This document shows, one piece after another, positions 60,017-64,000 of a stretch of DNA of 64,000 nucleotides; position 1 is the first letter of the stretch; each line of letters begins with the position of its first letter. Source of the stretch: an uncultured Spirochaetota bacterium (lineage in GTDB: Bacteria; Spirochaetota; Brevinematia; Brevinematales; JAOACQ01). The position numbers and the translations under genes were made by a program. The DNA is taken from contig CAVYGN010000002.1 in assembly GCA_963768055.1 (NCBI GenBank), forward strand, positions 1,120,001 to 1,184,000. Reading direction: 5' to 3'. The notes beneath the pieces were generated by a model, which saw nothing but the letters and a program-made list of their open reading frames with translations, ran no database searches and was not told the origin of the DNA.

Positions 60017-61717
60017 TTGCCTGTCGTTTTTTATCAATAACCCATGTACATTGAGACCTCATCCCGTTATAATAAATGTAAGAAAAACGGGAGTAATCTA
60101 TGGCAAACTTCGAGCATAATACAAGCAGCCAGGGATTGTTTTTATCTATCCAACTTGAAGATCAGTTTGATCCGGATAGCCGTGAATATATTATAAAAGA
60201 GTTTATTCAGAAAAATGTAAAAATTGAAGATTTTGAAGAAGAATACAAGAACGATCATACTGGCCGTAAAATCAAAAATCCTCAAGATGTCGTCGCGGCA
60301 ATCCTTTACGGTTACATTACAGGAAACCGTTCAAGCCGCAAGATCGAAGAACTCCTGAAAACTCACATCGGGTTCATGTATATCTCTAATTGTCTTAAGA
60401 TTGATCATTCGATCATTTGTAATTTCAAGATTAAATTTCGGGAACAGATTAAAAATGTTTTCAGCAAAATGCTTTATGTAATGAATGAAATTGAAATGAT
60501 AGACTGGAGCATTGTTGCAGGCGACGGAACTAAGATTAAGGCTTATGCGAGTAAAGGCCAGAACATAGGCAGGGGATTCATACAAAAACTTCTTGAAGCA
60601 TATCACGAGACGGCTGACAAGATAGTTGAACGGGATATTGAACTTGAAAAAGATTTCGAAGAGGGTAAAATCGACCCTAAAGAGCATGATGCGAAAAAGA
60701 TGCGCATTATCAGACAGAAGCGAAAAATTGAAAAGGCTATTTCCAAGATGAATAAATGCATCGAAGATGATGAAACGAACAAAAAATCTGAAAAGAAACG
60801 GGTTAATCTAACAGATCCGGATAGTGGTTTGACAGTGTCAGGTTCGAAAGATGGATATATCCAGGGGTATAATGCGCTGCTTATGTTAAGCAATAATGAT
60901 GTTGTTCTTGATTTTGATGTAATCACTTATGAAAAGGAATGTAATTATACAGAAGAATTGGTCAATGGGGTTGAAGAGCTTAAGAAGGATTTTGGAGCTG
61001 AAGAAGAAAGCAAATATTTATTTGATTGGGGATTTCAAAACATGGAAAAAACACTCAAGCTCGAGGATAAAGGGCTTGATATGTATATTGATGTCAGGGA
61101 AAGGGATTTCTGCGATAAATCCGAAAAGCGGAAAAATTTTAAGTTAATAAATACAGAGGGACAATATAAACTCAAATGTCGTAATAATAAGGAAACAAAG
61201 GGATATTGGAATAAGAGAACCAATAGTTTCTCATTCCTGTTTGACCGCAAAAAGTGTAAGGGTTGTCCTTTCATGCCAGAATGTTATAGTAAGACGAAGG
61301 AAACGACTTTACATAAGACAGTTTCGTATTATAGATTCGAGGTTGAAAATTGGGATAAGATAGAAAAATACATGAATAAATTCCGAAGCGAGGAAGGTCA
61401 AAAAATATACTCGAAACGAATAGGTAAAGAACATGTTCATGCAAACATAAAAAACCAGCGTAACTTTCAACAGACTTATTACCGGGGAAAGTCAAATGTC
61501 AGGATGGACCTCTGCTGGGCGGTTCTGGCACAGAATATGTGTCGTTATATCAACTATATGAGGAAATAGGAGGGAATTTGGTAGGATTTCAACCATTATA
61601 AAAAAGCTGTTTCAATCTTTGGAATTTATCCGAGGGCTGACCAAACTTTTTCAAAAATTTAAGCATGATATCGTAAGAGAATCCCTGTTTTTTTAAATTG
61701 TATTAAACGACAGGCAA
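60017..61717 (+). mobile_element. IS1182-family element with TSD ATACG
   Basis: IRs TTGCCTGTCGTTT / AAACGACAGGCAA; ATACG at 60012-60016 and 61718-61722. Confidence 0.92.
60100..61569 (+). CDS. IS1182-family transposase
   Basis: SSRKIE, DGTKIKAYAS, TDPDS, GYN, CxxC, YSKR..EHVHANIK. Confidence 0.9.
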   Translation: MANFEHNTSSQGLFLSIQLEDQFDPDSREYIIKEFIQKNVKIEDFEEEYKNDHTGRKIKNPQDVVAAILYGYITGNRSSRKIEELLKTHIGFMYISNCLKIDHSIICNFKIKFREQIKNVFSKMLYVMNEIEMIDWSIVAGDGTKIKAYASKGQNIGRGFIQKLLEAYHETADKIVERDIELEKDFEEGKIDPKEHDAKKMRIIRQKRKIEKAISKMNKCIEDDETNKKSEKKRVNLTDPDSGLTVSGSKDGYIQGYNALLMLSNNDVVLDFDVITYEKECNYTEELVNGVEELKKDFGAEEESKYLFDWGFQNMEKTLKLEDKGLDMYIDVRERDFCDKSEKRKNFKLINTEGQYKLKCRNNKETKGYWNKRTNSFSFLFDRKKCKGCPFMPECYSKTKETTLHKTVSYYRFEVENWDKIEKYMNKFRSEEGQKIYSKRIGKEHVHANIKNQRNFQQTYYRGKSNVRMDLCWAVLAQNMCRYINYMRK

Positions 61718-61925
61718 ATACGATATTCACAAATGACACCCCTTTTCCCCATAATATTTCCTTGCTTTTTACCTCTTTTTTGTGAGAATTATGGTACTCC
61801 ATTTGTTAAAATTTAATGAGTCCGGTCTAAAAAGTATTCATTTAGAAACGTACAAATCGTGATCAAAACATTGATAATAACAACATAACTAATTACAATA
61901 TATGCAATTGAAATTTAGGAGTGGT

Positions 61926-62207
61926 TCAATGTTCAAAGAAAACAATTGTAAAAATAGCAAGGCAAAACGTGAGCCATTTTATTGCAACCTCTTCATTGTG
62001 AAGTGCATCTCTAAGGCGCCGATTTGATTCCACAATTGCGCTATTGTTTATAGAGTACGATGCCCGGAGTATTTTTATATCGGGTAATTTCATTATTTTT
62101 TCTAATTTATCGTCTGGTAAATTTACAATACCCATATTTTCTGTACGTGCCGGTGAACCAATTATATCGGCAAGCTTAAGATTCTTATCTATTTTCATGA
62201 ATACCAT
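61926..62207 (-). CDS. Small hypothetical protein with C-terminal TM
   Basis: ORF track; hydrophobic tail. Confidence 0.45.
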   Translation of the reverse strand: MVFMKIDKNLKLADIIGSPARTENMGIVNLPDDKLEKIMKLPDIKILRASYSINNSAIVESNRRLRDALHNEEVAIKWLTFCLAIFTIVFFEH

Positions 62208-62285
62208 AATTTGCGGTCTTCACGCCGGCTTAATATTTATATAAGTTGACAACCAGTGGTTTACTATGCTATTATTATAGTTGAT

Positions 62286-62564
62286 ATGATAAAATCTTTT
62301 CAGCATAAAGGGCATAAAGCCTTTTTTAATACAGGCACAAAAAGTGGCATAAACCCCGATCATGCCGAGAAGATCGACTTCATCCTTGCCACCCTAAGAA
62401 CATCAAGAAGTCCCCAAGACATGAGACTACCGATGTTCGATCTCCACGAATTGAAGGGGGATCGCAAGGGAACATGGGCGGTAAGCGTAAGCGGAAACTG
62501 GCGGATAACATTTAAATTTGAAGATGAAAACGCCATAGATGTAAATTATGAGGATTACCATTGA
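62286..62564 (+). CDS. higB: HigB (plasmid maintenance killer) toxin
   Basis: MIKSFQHKG, LHELKGDRKG.W...VSGNWRITFKF, YEDYH. Confidence 0.93.
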   Translation: MIKSFQHKGHKAFFNTGTKSGINPDHAEKIDFILATLRTSRSPQDMRLPMFDLHELKGDRKGTWAVSVSGNWRITFKFEDENAIDVNYEDYH

Positions 62565-62574
62565 GAGGATTAAA

Positions 62575-62874
62575 ATGAATATAACCGAAAGGAAACCCAT
62601 GCATCCGGGCAAATTATTGCTTGAGGCGGTTATTAAACCGTTAAATTTAACCATTACCGAGGCCGCTAAAAGGCTTGGTACGTCCAGACAGAATTTGACC
62701 GATCTCATACATGAACGAATATCACTCACTGTTGATATGGCGATGAGGATTGCTGCTGCGACCGGCACAAGTCCGGAAAGCTGGTATGATCGCCAGGTCA
62801 TTTTAGACATGTGGACTGCATCAAAAGAACCACCGAGAGATATAATTAAATTCTCAGGAAAGAAAACAGCATAG
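62575..62874 (+). CDS. higA: HigA antitoxin
   Basis: HPGKLL, TEAAKRLG, MAMRI..GTSPESW. Confidence 0.93.
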   Translation: MNITERKPMHPGKLLLEAVIKPLNLTITEAAKRLGTSRQNLTDLIHERISLTVDMAMRIAAATGTSPESWYDRQVILDMWTASKEPPRDIIKFSGKKTA

Positions 62875-62935
62875 GATACATTTTTTATGAATTCTACTGA
62901 CACTGGAAAGGGTAGGAGTTTTATAATATGAAAAT

Positions 62936-63520
62936 GTGTTTATGATTGATTCGAAAAAACGCATCTGCTGGCCAACAAATGATCCTCTCGTTGTTGAATA
63001 TCATGACAAGGAATGGGGCGTCCCCCTCCATGATGATAGAAGACTGTTCGAATTCCTTGTCCTCGAAGGATTCCAGGCGGGCCTGAGCTGGATTACAATT
63101 CTAAGAAAAAGGAAGCGCTTCAGGGAAGCGTTCGACGATTTCGATTTCAGCAAAGTTGCCGGATACGGAGAAAAGAAAGTAGGCCTTCTTATGGAAGATT
63201 CGGGAATAATAAGAAATAGGCTCAAAATCGTTGGAGCGGTGGCAAATGCGAAAGCATTTTTATCGGTCAGGAAAGAATTCGGGGATTTTGACAGGTATAT
63301 TTGGGGTTTTGTTCAAAACAAGCCGATTCGGAATAATTTCACTTCCCTGGAAGAACTTCCGGCAAGCACTGAATTATCCGGAATTATCAGCGTGGACTTG
63401 AAAAAAAGAGGGTTCAGGTTTGTAGGTCCAACGGTCGTTTACGCTCATATGCAGGCAACCGGAATGGTCAACGACCACCTGGTATCCTGCCCCAGGCATG
63501 GGGAAATCGCTGTATTGTAA
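62936..63520 (+). CDS. tag: DNA-3-methyladenine glycosylase I
   Basis: YHDKEWG, LEGFQAGLSW, IIRNRLKI, FVGPT..MQATGMVNDH. Confidence 0.95.
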   Translation: MFMIDSKKRICWPTNDPLVVEYHDKEWGVPLHDDRRLFEFLVLEGFQAGLSWITILRKRKRFREAFDDFDFSKVAGYGEKKVGLLMEDSGIIRNRLKIVGAVANAKAFLSVRKEFGDFDRYIWGFVQNKPIRNNFTSLEELPASTELSGIISVDLKKRGFRFVGPTVVYAHMQATGMVNDHLVSCPRHGEIAVL

Positions 63521-63712
63521 TTGAAAGTTTGAATAATTCTTTTTTCATTATACCCGCCATAATTTCCCGGGAATTTTAACTGGCCCGAAAAAAAATTTAA
63601 ATAGCCCTGCAGGATCTGGTCAGGACCGCGAAGTCAGAGGCCGGCAAGACTAAACTCCCTGCTGAAGGATCATTTCCTCCGGCAGGGAGAAAGGTTTTTT
63701 AATAAAATAAGT

Positions 63713-64000
63713 TTAAAGATCGCTTAAAGCGTATATTTTATTGTTAATATTTTGTATGGTAATATATCTGGCGTCATGGCTGATAAATACGCTCCCAAAC
63801 CCTAATGAAACCGCTTCCGGTACTCTTTCTTCTTTCCATGAATTACCGGCATCGGATGTGCGGGCGATAATCCATTTCAAAGTCTTATCCAGGTAAATCA
63901 GGACTGCGTCTTTTTCGGATGTAAATCGCAGGGCGGAATATGGCTGCCTTTCCAGAGGCATGAGTGACCTTCCGTTCAGATTAACCGATTTTTTATTCCA
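63713..64000 (-). CDS. 3' end of a gene running off the window (BNR/Asp-box-like)
   Basis: RTSDAGNSW Asp-box motif. Confidence 0.5.
   Translation of the reverse strand, partial: WNKKSVNLNGRSLMPLERQPYSALRFTSEKDAVLIYLDKTLKWIIARTSDAGNSWKEERVPEAVSLGFGSVFISHDARYITIQNINNKIYALSDL

Larger units (their letters stand above)
9671..62920. mobile_element. tRNA-Ser-anchored composite genomic/defence island (right boundary approximate)
   Basis: Integrase directly 3' of the tRNA, AT-rich cargo, IS and TA accumulation, degenerate tRNA-3'-end copies at 48279, 52764 and 53647. Confidence 0.7.

Overview
Bacterial genomic DNA; the taxon cannot be fixed from sequence alone, and a spirochaete-like host is only a weak guess. 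Bases 1-9.6 kb look like core genome: a membrane LuxR regulator, a TPR/SPOR protein, ACT-paaK-metF, an ECF-like sigma/anti-sigma pair and tRNA-Ser(GGA). Directly after the tRNA a tyrosine integrase opens a large, mostly AT-rich, decaying accessory island that runs to roughly 62.9 kb. Its apparent core is a leftward operon (amidoligase-like, DUF1249/6908-like, DUF932, RecT/Bet, Gp157, two micro-membrane proteins) with no virion or conjugation genes. Defence-type cargo: REase-STAND NTPase, Type IIG/ISP-like RM, TcmP plus radical SAM, Shedu, a HigBA-SecB toxin-antitoxin-chaperone, MT-A70/BglII-like RM, NYN RNase, an Abi-like protein, a class III cyclase, HicAB, RelBE and HigBA. Mobile elements: two IS21, one IS3, one IS1182, a serine resolvase and Tn21/Tn501-like inverted repeats including a MITE. 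The most unusual signals are non-coding: (i) a quasi-palindromic TGTGGATCC..CAATTCTAACA motif punctuating an array of promoter-bearing single-gene cassettes (54-61.7 kb); (ii) ~300-bp repeats containing degenerate copies of the tRNA-Ser 3' end next to TA modules; (iii) a promoter-driven, structured ~60-nt RNA convergent on the NYN RNase gene. All family assignments come from motif recognition by eye; no database searches were run.
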